Shown here in pieces: positions 11,640-23,235 of a DNA stretch of 64,000 nucleotides (position 1 is its first letter; each line of letters opens with the position of its first letter). Under the pieces are notes generated by a model. The model was given only the letters and a program-made list of their open reading frames with translations, searched no databases and had not been told where the DNA came from. This DNA is from Camelus ferus (taxonomy: Eukaryota): assembly GCF_009834535.1 (NCBI RefSeq), contig NC_045697.1, forward strand, positions 61,568,001 to 61,632,000, given 5' to 3'. A program made the position numbers and the translations under genes.

Positions 11640-14600
11640 CACTGCACTGTAAGTTCTTTGTTTGACTGTTCAGTCAATGATATGAGAAGACAGAAGTGGC
11701 CACATGGCAATCACAACTTCTCTTTTAATGGGACTGTGGTTACATCTTCTAGTGGAAACATTCCACTTCATGTTTAAGGCAGTAGAGCCCGAAGTCATGG
11801 GAACAGAACACAAAAAGCTTGTGAGTGGGCTATCACTTTGAATCTTTTGAACTGTTCTCCAATACTGCAATTTGTTATCACCCAACTAAGACTGTTACTA
11901 GTGTTTTTAGTAGGTTACTCTATGTTTCCACTAAGCCATCCTTCCATTACAATGGCTGATTTGGCACATGATAAAACTAGTAAATCCTCTGGATTAAGCC
12001 CATTCATCATTACTTTTGCTATAAAAATGTCACTTGGTCAAACATGGCAGTAGACATAGTATTTGGAAAGTCTACAAGTGGTGCTAGCAGAAGCTAGGGT
12101 GTGGATAAGAAGGGCAAATCCATTTTCAGACTATGTGTTATTCCAAAGAGGACAAACCATTGCATCTTTCAAAATAGAAGAGATCAAATATAATCAGTTT
12201 ATCATCTTGCTGGTTGGACCTCAGGAAATGGGTGTCATATCAGGAGCTCAACATTAGTCTCTACCTTTGGCAAGTGGTTATAGCACTTGGTGAGTGGATA
12301 TGCATTTTATTTACCTGTAGCATACCCCTCTTCCTGTCATCATGGAAATTTTGTTAATGAGCCCACTGAGCAAGCACAAGGATGGTGGAGGAGAGAGGCT
12401 GTTTGACATTCACAGAATGAGTCATCTTGTTTCTTAAATCTGGAAGCCTCTATTGAGCAGCTATCCTCTGGTGGGCATTTGTATGTAACAGCAGTATCTT
12501 TACACCCTGAGAGTTCTGTCCATGTATCTCTTCTCCATACTTGTTTTGGCAAAAATTCTCCAATCATGTTTTTCCAGGTCCCTGGCCATTCAGCCAAATC
12601 AGCCCTTGCCCATAAACAGATGTAAATCCATACATCTGGCCATTGTTCCTTCTACACAAACTGAACATACAGATTTTCACCCCATTAGGAATATTTCCAT
12701 TCTTCCTATTTCCATGTATTACATGGCCATTCCTGAGTGGGATAGTGATGCCTGTATTTCAGATTGGTACCAACATAAGACTTGAAACTTCTATAGATAA
12801 TATCCCAATGTACTTTTTTAGTCAGCTAACCATAGATAACTTTCCATGAGGCCATAGGTGGAATTGAAAGAGAGAAGTTGCAATGTAGCAGTAGCAATTG
12901 TCTTAAAAGTTAGAGAGACTTGCTCACATTTATGCCAACAGGACACATTTCTATTTGTTGATAGACTACCACTGTATATGCTTGATATTAGAACTTAATG
13001 AACCAAATAATGTATTCATCTTCTCTTGCTATGTACAAAATACCACAAATTCAGTGGCTTAAAATAACACTCACTGATTAGTTCACAGTCTGGTAGGTCA
13101 GAAGCCTGATATCATATGAATGGATTCTCTTCTTTAGGTCCCATAAGGTTTAAATCAAGGTGTGAGTGGTGCTGTGTTTCTTTCTGGAGGCCCTGGGTAA
13201 GAATCTACTTCCAAGTATATTCAGGTTTTTGGCAGAATTCAGTTTCTTTAGGTTATAGGACTGAGGCCACTGTTTCTTTGACATGTGGCCCTTTTTCGTC
13301 ATCAAGCCAGAAGCAGTGCATCATATCCTGTCATGCTTTAAACACCTCTGATTCCCTCCTCTATGCTAGCTAGAGAAAACTTCCTGTTTTTAAGTGGCTC
13401 CATTAATTAGATTAGGCTTACCAGGATCATTGAGAATAGTTTTCCTATTTCAAGGTCACCTGATTAATAACCTTAATTACATCTTCAAAGTGCATGGTGT
13501 TGCTCCAAAACTCTAGGATTCTATGCTATAATGCTCCTACTTGGGCTTGTCAGAGGTTTATAGAGTATCTGTACCTTCCATGGACACCTGAGGTGCCACT
13601 GAATCAGTTAATGCTCAGCTGAAGAAATTTTTTATCTGAGTTCCATTCAAAATCAGCAGCCACATGGGCTATGTGGAAGGCAAATCAAAATAGTGGTTTT
13701 AAGTCAGGTCCTTGTTCACTCAACCTACGTTTCTTTTTCATTTTTCAGTTATATGGATCAAGTAATTTTAGTAGATATCCCATCTATTTCAGCACTAGAA
13801 GAACACCATGATTAATTAGTTAGACCATTCTGACAGAATCAGCCAGACAATTCTGTTGTTTCCTCAGCCTTGCTACCCATTTGGTAACCATACCCATTTT
13901 TCACATGATTGAGTACTGCCACTCCAGGATCCCATCAAGCCCCTGTAGCTCATTTCAATGGTAGTATACAGCCCTACTGGTCATCCCCAGCTTGCTGAAA
14001 AAGCTACTACAGAGATTTCAAAGAATGCTGCTACTTCCTCACAAATATATTTCTCAGTGCTGTCATAAAAGGAGTATTTTCTGAACTCTTGTGGAATAAA
14101 TGAGGGAGGGAGACATTGACTGGGTTGCATATGAGTCCTTGGATTCCCTTCTTTATTTTTATCAAGAAAATTCTAAAAACTCAACTTAATTTAATGTAGG
14201 TCATCATTTAGTCCACATTGCAGTCAACCAACCAAGAAAGCAACAGGTTTCTTCATCTAAAACCTTGAATCAAAATCTGTGAAAAATAAACCCATATAAA
14301 TTAGTTCAGCCCAATCCAATGTTATGCTCTTTTGTTAAATATCTGTATGATCCTTCCCCCACTTGTGCTCTCAAGATTCACTGATATAAATGAACAAAAA
14401 TTTTTAATCATTTAAGTTTGAGAATTACACCCCTCCAAATCACTTATTATATACTAGTCCTCCATTTAGGTGTGCTGGGACCCTTTGTTATAAATATGGA
14501 AGCCAAGAGGATTGATTGGGTATCTTAAGGAATATTAACTTCCTTTTGAAAGTTGTTTGCCTTAGGTAAGATTATTACAGGTAATTTCTGGTGACAAGAG

Positions 14601-14940
14601 AGGTTCAATGAAATTAGAGCAGTCAAGATTATCTGAACATATACATATATTCCTATTCTGATATTTGAGTTCCCTCCCTTTTTCAATCAATTCCCTAACA
14701 TATGAGACTTGGCTAGTCAAGTGAATTTAACTGCATTATAATTCTGCTTCCCACAGGATAAGTTTGAGTCAGATTATAGGCCCCATTGGCCCTATGGTTA
14801 TAAAAATAAGAAATTATTTTAAGTTATTCATAAGGACTTTCTGGTTCTCTAACTGTGCCATGAGTTGAGGATCTAAAGTCTTAAATTTCCCTTTTCTTTT
14901 TTGTAGATTCTCTGCTTTAGTTAAAAGCTGCCGTTTCTCC
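11640..14940 (-). mobile_element. ERVL-class internal (gag/pol) remnant
   Basis: ORF 12340-12597(-) AEWPGTWKNMIGEFLPKQVWRRDTWTELS resembles the ERVL RNase H region (WSGTWK...W.RGMW.DLS); heavily degraded and interrupted by an MLT1. Confidence 0.7.
13011..13490 (-). mobile_element. MaLR LTR (MLT1D/E-like) inserted in the ERVL remnant
   Basis: 'aaaataccacaaattcagtggcttaaaataacac', 'ggcagaattcagtttctttaggttataggactgagg' and 'aaccttaattacatct'. Confidence 0.75.
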
Positions 14941-14968
14941 GCACTTCCTATATAATGTTTGTTTTGAC

Positions 14969-15170
14969 TTTTTTTTAAATTAAAGTATAGTTTATTTACA
15001 TTATTACTTTAAGGTGTATAGCAAAGCAATTCAGTTACACATATACAAACTACATATACATATATTTTCAGGTTCTTTTTCATTATAGCTCATTACAAGA
15101 AATTGAATATAGTTCCCCGTGCTATACAGTAGGTCCTTGTTTATTTTACGCATAGCAGTGTGTGCGTGTT
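14969..15170 (-). mobile_element. 5'-truncated L1 3' UTR (cetartiodactyl type)
   Basis: Poly(T) followed by 'aagtatagtttatttaca...ttgaatatagttccccgtgctatacagtaggtccttg'. Confidence 0.85.
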
Positions 15171-15179
15171 ATGTAACTC

Positions 15180-16810
15180 TAGTTCCTATAATAGAAATAC
15201 CTCCCAATTCTCAGGGGCTTAAAATATGAAAGTAATTTTTTTCCCATATCTAAGTCCTATGAAGGTTTACAGTTAGAGAGTATTCCATGTAGTCATTCAA
15301 TTGATTCAATCCCTTCTCTTATGTATCCCTTGAAATTCTCTAATAATTCTAATAATTCAACCAGCAGACTGGGAAAGAAAAGGTAAGAAGATATATGCAG
15401 ATTTCTATGGGATCTCTACAGGAAATTCTTATCCCAGGAAATAGCTTAGATCACTTGGGCCCCATTCCATGAACCAGAATTTAGTCATATGGTCACATGT
15501 AACTGCAAGGAAGACTGAAGAACTTAGTCTAGCTGTGTATCCAGGAGGAACTCATTTTGATAATACACAAACTTAATACTACTTTCCATCCTCTTATTCT
15601 CATATAAATATCATTCTATTATCACACATAATGCTCATTCACCCTTTCCCCAAAGTCTCATTCATTCATGAATTCAGTTGAATGTCCAGAAACTGCAGAT
15701 GATGCACATTTCTTGTCATCAGGTTCAGACGCATCTTCCCATGATCCAGCAACTTGGAAACCAAACTAACACGTTGTCTTCTCCCCACCCATAAAACCCT
15801 CAATGGTGAAGCAGGAAAGAAAGACTCCAACAGAATCTCTTGTTTGGAAATGAAGGGAGTGGATGACACAAGCAGTCACTGGTCCACAGAAAGTATGACA
15901 TTCCACTGGGCAGGCATAGTGAAGGCCCCATATCTAGGAATAGGGAGATATTCTTAATATCCCAAATCTTCTTTCTAGGAAGAATTGTTTTCTGAGAATC
16001 CTATATTTTGCCCTCTTTCAAGTATTTCCTTGTTGAATATCCATTATTATCCACTAAAGTATGAGAAATGTCTGTCTTCTTTAGAAGCTAAACAAATTTT
16101 GCATTGACTTTTGGTCCCAGGGCTTTTTTGATTTTATTTTTTTTAAAGATCACTAAATATTAATAGATCTGTCCACTTAAGCTGGTAGTTCTTTCCTATT
16201 TGCTTCTAGTTAATTCTGTGTTCCCAGCAACTATACACAAAGTTGTTTCTTAAACTATGTCTTAAAGCTTGCCTAGTTCATTCTTTCTCAAAGTACTGGA
16301 GACATTATTGGCACTACCTGAAACAATAGGGTCTTATAAGAAAAAAATATGTTTAATCTGATAATTACCACACAAATGATTCACTCTTTAATAAAGAGTC
16401 TTACTATGTATCTTGGTTACTAGAACCTTTTACAACTTTACAACCAAATACTCTTAGTATTTGGTTTCAAGAAACAGTCAACTTTTCCAATCTTGTAAGG
16501 CACTTGAGCTCTGAACTTTCTCTGTTACCTTTGATCTCTACTTGAAAACAAGTTAATTATTGCTTGGGTTAATCTCTTTCTTATAATATCTGGCAAAATG
16601 TCACACTAATAGTAGCCAACACACACTATCACTCTCTTTCAAACTTTCCCCTAAAAGGATTCTAAGTTATAACAAGAATCATTTTATCATTTGTCTTGCC
16701 ATAGTGCTGGCAGTTATAGATTTTTCATTGCTGCCTACACTTTTTTGCTAAATAAACTCCACCTATTTTAGTTCTGTTGTTACAGCATCATCCAAATTAT
16801 GACACCAACT
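15180..16810 (-). mobile_element. Old MaLR LTR plus MLT-internal remnant
   Basis: LTR-like 'ttagtcatatggtcacatgtaactgcaaggaagactgaagaa', followed by degraded internal sequence; boundaries approximate. Confidence 0.5.
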
Positions 16811-16874
16811 TCTGAATTTAGTCAGGGAAATTAATCACTGCAGATATTTCAAGCAGGAAGAAACTTAATAAAGA

Positions 16875-18451
16875 TGTGGCAGTTTTACAAATTACCACAA
16901 ATTCTTTAACATTATTCCCACTGCCAGATGGGAGCAGTGTCTTCTCACCAGAACCTGGATCAGCTTGTATCTCCTTCAACAATAGGGTACAAAACCAGTG
17001 ACCCCATATAACTTCCAAATCTAGATCATAAAAATCCATTAAGCTTATGCCCAGTCTTCCTTGCAGTCATTATGAGGGAAGCCAGATGCCATGTAAGAAG
17101 ACTACTTGCCAAGAGTACTATGCTGGAGAGGCCAGTGGACAGTCAGACCACCAAATCAACTGCAGGACATCAAATAAGCCTTATTGGGATTACATCTATT
17201 TCAGCTTCCACATCTAACTGCAACCATATAAGAGTCCCTCAGCAGAGCTTTCCAGACATACATCCCCAAATTTCTGACACAGAAAACTACGAAAAGTAAA
17301 ACTGGCTATTTTAAAAAGCTGCCTAATGAAACTTACAAGCTTCTGCACAGCAAAGGAAACCAGAAATAAAACAAGAAGAAAACCTACGGAATGGGAGAAA
17401 ATTTTTGCAAGTGAAACCGACAAAGGCTTGATCTCCAGAATATATAATCAGCTCATACGACTCAATAAGAAAAAAATAAACAACCCAATCCAAAAATGTG
17501 CAGAAGACCTAAACAAGCAATTCTCCAAGGAAGACATACAAATGATCAAAAAGCACATGAGAAATGCAAATCAAAACTACAATGAGGTATCACCTCACAC
17601 CAGTCAGAATGGCCGTCATTCAAAAATACACAAATGACAAATGCTGGAGAGGCTGTGGAGAAAGGGGAACCCTCCTACACTGCTCGTGGGAAGGCAGTTT
17701 GGTGCAGCCACTATGGAAAACAGTGTGGAGATTCCTCAAAAGACTAGGAATAGACTTACCATATGACCCAGGAATCCCACTCCTGGGCTTATATCCAGAA
17801 GGAAATCTACTTCAGGATGACACCTGCACCCCAGTGTTCATAGCAGCACTATTTACAATAGCCAAAACATGGAAACAGCCTAAATGTCCATCAACAGGTG
17901 ACTGGATAAAGAAGATGTGGTATATTTATACAATGGAATACTACTCAGCCATAAAAACCGACAACATAATGCCATTTGCAGCAACATGGATGCTCCTGGA
18001 GAATGTCATTCTAAGTGAAGTAAGCCAGAAAGAGAAAGAAAAATACCACATGAGATCGCTCATATGTGGAATCTAAAAAACAAAAACAAAAACAAACAAA
18101 CAAACAAAAACAAAGCGTAAATAAAGGACAGAAATAGACTCACAGACAGAGAATACAGACTTGTGGTTACCAGGGGGGTGGAGGGTGGGAAGGGATAGAC
18201 TGGGATTTCAAAACTGTAGAATAGACTACACTGTATAGCACAGGGAAATATACACAAAATGTTATGATAACTCACAGAGAAAAAAATGTGACAATGAGTG
18301 TGTATATGTCCATGAATAACTGAAAAATTGTGCTGAACACTGGAATTTGACACAACATTGTAAAATGATTATAAATCAATAAAAAATGTTAAAAAAAAAA
18401 AAAGCTGCCATACTTAGGGGTAATTTTTACTCAGAAGTAGTAACCAGAACA
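16875..18451 (+). mobile_element. MaLR LTR (MLT1F/G-like) split by a young L1
   Basis: Starts 'tgtggcagttttacaaattaccacaaattcttt'; after the L1 is removed, the 3' end reads 'tttaaaaagctgccatacttaggggtaatttttactcagaagtagtaaccagaaca'. Confidence 0.7.
17324..18398 (+). mobile_element. Young 5'-truncated L1 (ORF2 C-terminus, 3' UTR, poly(A)), camelid-like
   Basis: ORFs 17326-17637 and 17564-18076 translate to the L1 ORF2p C-terminus ([17 protein letters not shown]...[18 protein letters not shown]); AATAAA and A-tail; 11-bp TSD aaaaagctgcc at 17313-17323 and 18399-18409; canonical TTTT/AAAA target. Confidence 0.97.
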
Positions 18452-21117
18452 CAAAGAATTAGATGCTTATGAAATTTCTGGAAAAGAAATTTCCACATAT
18501 GAAAAATTAACTGCCATTTCTCTCCCACCATTAAAAACTAGATAATCAGAAAATACATGAAACTTCTGTTTGCATACATTGGAAAATAGTCAGCAGAGGA
18601 CTGTGATCCCTATGAGAAGAGCAGCTAATGAGATGGGCTCTGTGATTGCCCAAGCTTACCCCATGGTGGCAGTTTCCAGGCTGCAGATCACACAAGTGAA
18701 CAAAGAGCCTAGAGGCCTCACAGACTTGCAGGAGATAGGAGACAGTGAAAGGAGTTAAGCAAGGTCAAGGCAGCTAGAACTTGTGGGGCAGAGTTACTTA
18801 GGGAAAGAGCCCCAGATACCAAAGTCCTTGTTGAATACTGATCTGGATAAACATAGGCTGAAATTCCATGGGACCAAGGAATAAAACATTGGAAAGTAGT
18901 TAGTAGGTCCAATAATACCTGGAGCACTTACAGGGATAGAACAGGTCACATTCTACTATCTAGATTGAAGTGACATCAAATTTAGGACAATTTCAAGTTC
19001 TTTGAAGGGTATCATCTCAGATGTGCATCTAAATAAGGCCTAACTAAAGGCTATTCTGTATCCACATCCAATATGGTAAAATTTATAAAATCCATCATCC
19101 AATAAAAACTTCTGTGGTATACAAAGTAACAGGAAAATATGACCCATAACCAGGAGGACAATTAATTAATAAAAGCAAATCCACAAATTATAGAGATTAA
19201 ACTTTAAAACATATATTATAAATATCATGAACATGATCAGGGATGTAAAGAAAACATGAACATGATAAGAAAAGAAAAAGAAGCTTATAATAAAGAGTCA
19301 AGTAGAACTTCTAGAGATGAAAAATACATTTTAATTGAAAAATTATGAGAGTAATCTCAGATTAGACACTTTAGAAGAAAAGATCGGTGAACTTGAAGGA
19401 ATAGTAATACAGTGACTCAAAATAAAGCTCACAGAAAAAAGTCTAAAAAAACTGAACAGCACATCAGTGATCTGTGTCCAACCCGGCAATATTAAACTGC
19501 TAAAAATATGTTTAATTGGAGTCTCAGGAAAAATATGTGTAAGTAAAGAAAAAATTAAAGAAATGACTAGCATAGTATCAAACTCAATGAAAACTCTAAT
19601 TTTACAGATTGAAGATGCTCAAAAACCCTAAGAAATGCAGAGGAACATCATAATGAAATCACTAAACATCAGTGACACAGCAAAAACCTTGAAAGGGGTT
19701 GCAAGGGAGGAAAAATGAATTATATTTTTTTAAAAGCTAAGAATGATAGTTAACTTCTTGTCAGAGTTTAGGTAAGCCACAAGAAAATTAATTTACATCT
19801 ATAAACTACTAAAAGGAGAAAAGCTATCAATGATAATTTCATGCCCAAAGAAAATATGTTTTAAAGATAAAGGCAAAATAATAATTTTTACACACACAAA
19901 AAATGAGCTGGCAAAATTTATCATTAGCAGAATTGCACTAAAAGAAATATTAAAAGAAGTCCTTTAAGTAAAACAAAAATGATACCAGAGATAAATTTGG
20001 AGCTACAAAAAGAAATGATAAGCGCCAGAAATGCTAACTACATGAGTAAATACTGAAGCCATTTTTCCTCAATTTTTAATCTTTTATGATAATAATTGAT
20101 GATATGTAGCAAAAATTATGTAGTCAATATTATAACATGGGTAGAAGTAAAGCATATGACAACATTATCACAAAAGCCAAGAGGGAGTAATTGGGAGGTT
20201 CTTACAGTATATATGAACTAGTTTGGTATCATTTGAATATAGACTATGATAAGTTAAAGATATATTGCAAACCTGAGAGAAACTATTAAACATATATACA
20301 TATATGTCAAATAAGCCAACAGTAGAGATAAAATAGAATCATAATAAATATTCAATTAACTTGAAACAAGACAGGAAACAAGAAAAAAGAGAACAAACAG
20401 AAGGTGGAAAACTAGAAAACAAATATCAAGATTGTGGATTTACACAAAACTGTATTAAATTGAAATGATCTAACTACACAAAGTAAAAGAGAAGGGAGTA
20501 TCAGAGTAAATAAAAAGCATGACCCAACTCTATACTACACAAGAAAGCTACAATGACTACAGAGACTCAAACTGGTTAAATGTAAAAAGATTTAAAAATA
20601 TGTATATATAAAAACCATGCAAATACTAATCAACAGAAAGCTAGAGTAGCTATATTAATACCAGACAAAGTAGATTTCAGAACAAAGAATATTACTAGGG
20701 ATAAAAATATACATTCTATAGGAAAAAAAGGTACAGTTCATTAAGAAATCATAACAATCCTAAGTGTCTATGTATCTAGTATTGGAATATCAAAATTCAT
20801 AAAACAAATACTGCTGGAAGTTGAAGAAAATTAAACAAATACATACTTAGACCTAAGAACTTCAGTATCCCTCTCTTTGCAATCAGTAAAACAAGTAACC
20901 TCCCTACAAAAAAAAAAAAAAAAAAAAAAACCTAGTAAGAACACAGGAAGATTTTAATAACAGCATCAAGGAATTTGACATAGTTAGCATTTGTAGAACG
21001 TTCCACATCAAAAGAGTTGACTATGATTTGATTTTTTTAAGTGTATATAAAATACTCCCCAAGACTGATAACCTACTTCCAATTAAAAAGTATCTATAAA
21101 TTTAGAAGAGATGAAAT

Positions 21118-21710
21118 TGAAGTGGGAGGAAAGGGGGCAGGGCACAATGATTGAAGGAATGACACAGTAATTGAGGACAGGAAAAACTGGTTAGAATCAA
21201 GACGGCAGAAGATTCGACTTCCAGTAGGCCTTGAGCGTCAGGCATACCCACAGGTGCCATGACAGCTCCTAGGCTGACCATAAAAGGTCAAAAAGCAGGT
21301 AGGGGGTGCATTTCCTGGAAATTCTCACCCTTTCCCCAAAGTAGTTCGAATATCCTTCTACTCGTTAGCATATAAAATTACCGAGCCCATAAAATTTAAC
21401 AACTCTTCACCTCATGGTCGCTCTCTCTCGCCTTCTGAGATGGCCCATACTCTGTCTATGGAGTGAGTATCTGGTTTTACTTTAAACTAAATACCCCCAC
21501 AACTCACAGTCTCTCTCCCTCGCATCCTTCTGAGATTGCCCACATTCTGCCTTATGGAGTGTGTATCTCCTGAGCCATTTTTCCACCTGAGTGAGATAGA
21601 CCCCACTCTCTGTGAAGTGTGTATCTTTCTAAATAAACTTGCTTTCACTTTACTATTTCTAGCTCTTGAATTCTTTCCTGTGCAAGGCAAGAACCTATTC
21701 TCCCATGACA
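21118..21710 (+). mobile_element. MER41-like ERV1 solo LTR
   Basis: TG...CA termini; exact 4-bp TSD aaat at 21114-21117 and 21711-21714; MER41-type motifs 'tgccatgacagctc', 'ctctgtctatggagtg' and 'aataaacttgctttcacttt...ttgaattctttcctgtgc'. Confidence 0.85.
21312..21320. promoter_or_regulatory. GAS (STAT) motif TTCCTGGAA inside the MER41-like LTR
   Basis: Matches the TTCNNNGAA consensus; function is not shown by sequence alone. Confidence 0.45.
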
Positions 21711-22724
21711 AAATCATGCAAAGTTTTGTTTTCTAACTATAACAGAATTAAATAATCATCATCAACAACAAAAAAGGGTATCTGGAAAATCTTCAAATAT
21801 TTGAAAATGAGAAATAAACAAATAAATAATTTATAAGTAAAAGAAAAAAAATCACAGAAGAAAATAGAAATTTTTTTAACTGAAGGGAAGTTAAACAAAA
21901 TGTATAAAAATTTGGAGATGTGGCTAAAGCATTGCTTAGAGGAAAATCATAGTACTTAGCACCAACACTAAAAAGGAGGAAAGTTCTCAAATTAAAAATC
22001 TCATTTTCAACTTTAAGAAACTAGTGAAGAAAATTAAGCCTACAGTAAGCAGATGGAAAAATACAAGGAAGATTAAAGTGGAAACTAATGGAACAAAAAA
22101 ACAAAAAATAGACAAGCAATAGAGAAAATAAAGTCAAACAATGGTTCTTTAAAATTGGAAAAAACAATGCATAACCATTTATCTCAGATCAAGGTCAGGT
22201 CAAGAAAAAAAGAAAAGTTATCACTATCCAGAATGAAAGAAGAGACATCACTGCAGATACAAACACTGAAAAAAAAAAAAAGAGGATATTATTAACAACT
22301 ATATTTCAATAGATCTGACAATTTAAATAAAATGGACAAATCCTTCTAAAGACAAAAATTTTCAAAGCTCAATTTACATGTATTAAATAGGTCTATATAC
22401 AATATATGGCTCTATATGTATTATAGAAATTGAATTTATAAATGTAAAATTTCCCCAGAAGAATAAGAAAAATTAAAAAAAAAAGTTCCAAGCCCATACA
22501 GATTGGAAACAAAGTAAAATTTCCTCATTCTCAGATGATATGATTATGCCTGTATTGGACATCCTAAGGAACATACACGGTAACTATGAAAACTTACAAA
22601 TGTGTGTACCAAGGTTGTAGAACTTGTCATTACACTAAAAGTGACTGCATTTACATTTTTTAGCATCTAAAAATTGGAGCTTGAAATCAATAAAATAATA
22701 CCATTCATAAATTCCATAAAAATG

Positions 22725-23235
22725 GAATAATATTACCTAGTCTTATGTCTGGCTTCTTGTGCTCACCATAATTCTTTGGAGCTTCATATATGTTGTTGCC
22801 TTTATCAGTAATTTGTTCCCTATTTTGCTGAGTAGCATTCTTTCATATAGCTATACCAAGATGTGTTCACCCATTTATCAGTTGATGGATATCTGGGATG
22901 TTTCCAGTTTTGGATTATAGTCTTACAAATATAAAACTCTTTGTGTCAACATATATGATTATTGTTCATGGGTAAATATCTATAAGTGGGATTTCTGGGT
23001 CATGTAGTAAGTGTACTGTAAATTCTACGATACATTTCTAAGTGATTTTTTAACTTGGCCTGTGGCATTTTACATTTCTTCTAGCAATACATAAAAGTTA
23101 CATTTGTTCCTCAACCTCACTAAAGTATAATATTGCCAGTCTTTTTCATTTTAGTTATTCTTGTGGTTATGCAGTATTATCTCAATGGGGTTTTAATTTT
23201 TCCAGAGATTAATTATTTTGAGCATTTCATAATAT
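22725..23235 (-). mobile_element. Old L1 3' fragment, antisense and tail-to-tail with the preceding L1
   Basis: 'gttgatggatatctgggatgtttccagttttgga' and 'ctttttcattttagttattcttgtggttatgcagtattatctc'. Confidence 0.75.

Larger units (their letters stand above)
18500..22720 (+). mobile_element. Old L1 (L1M) with 5' UTR, ORF1 and ORF2 remnants
   Basis: Degraded ORF1 and endonuclease motifs, e.g. 'aaagctagagtagctatattaataccagacaaagtagatttcagaacaaag'. Confidence 0.85.

Noticed and set aside
17564..18076. 170-aa ORF, the longest in the window
   Set aside because: It is the C-terminus of L1 ORF2p in a truncated copy, not a host gene
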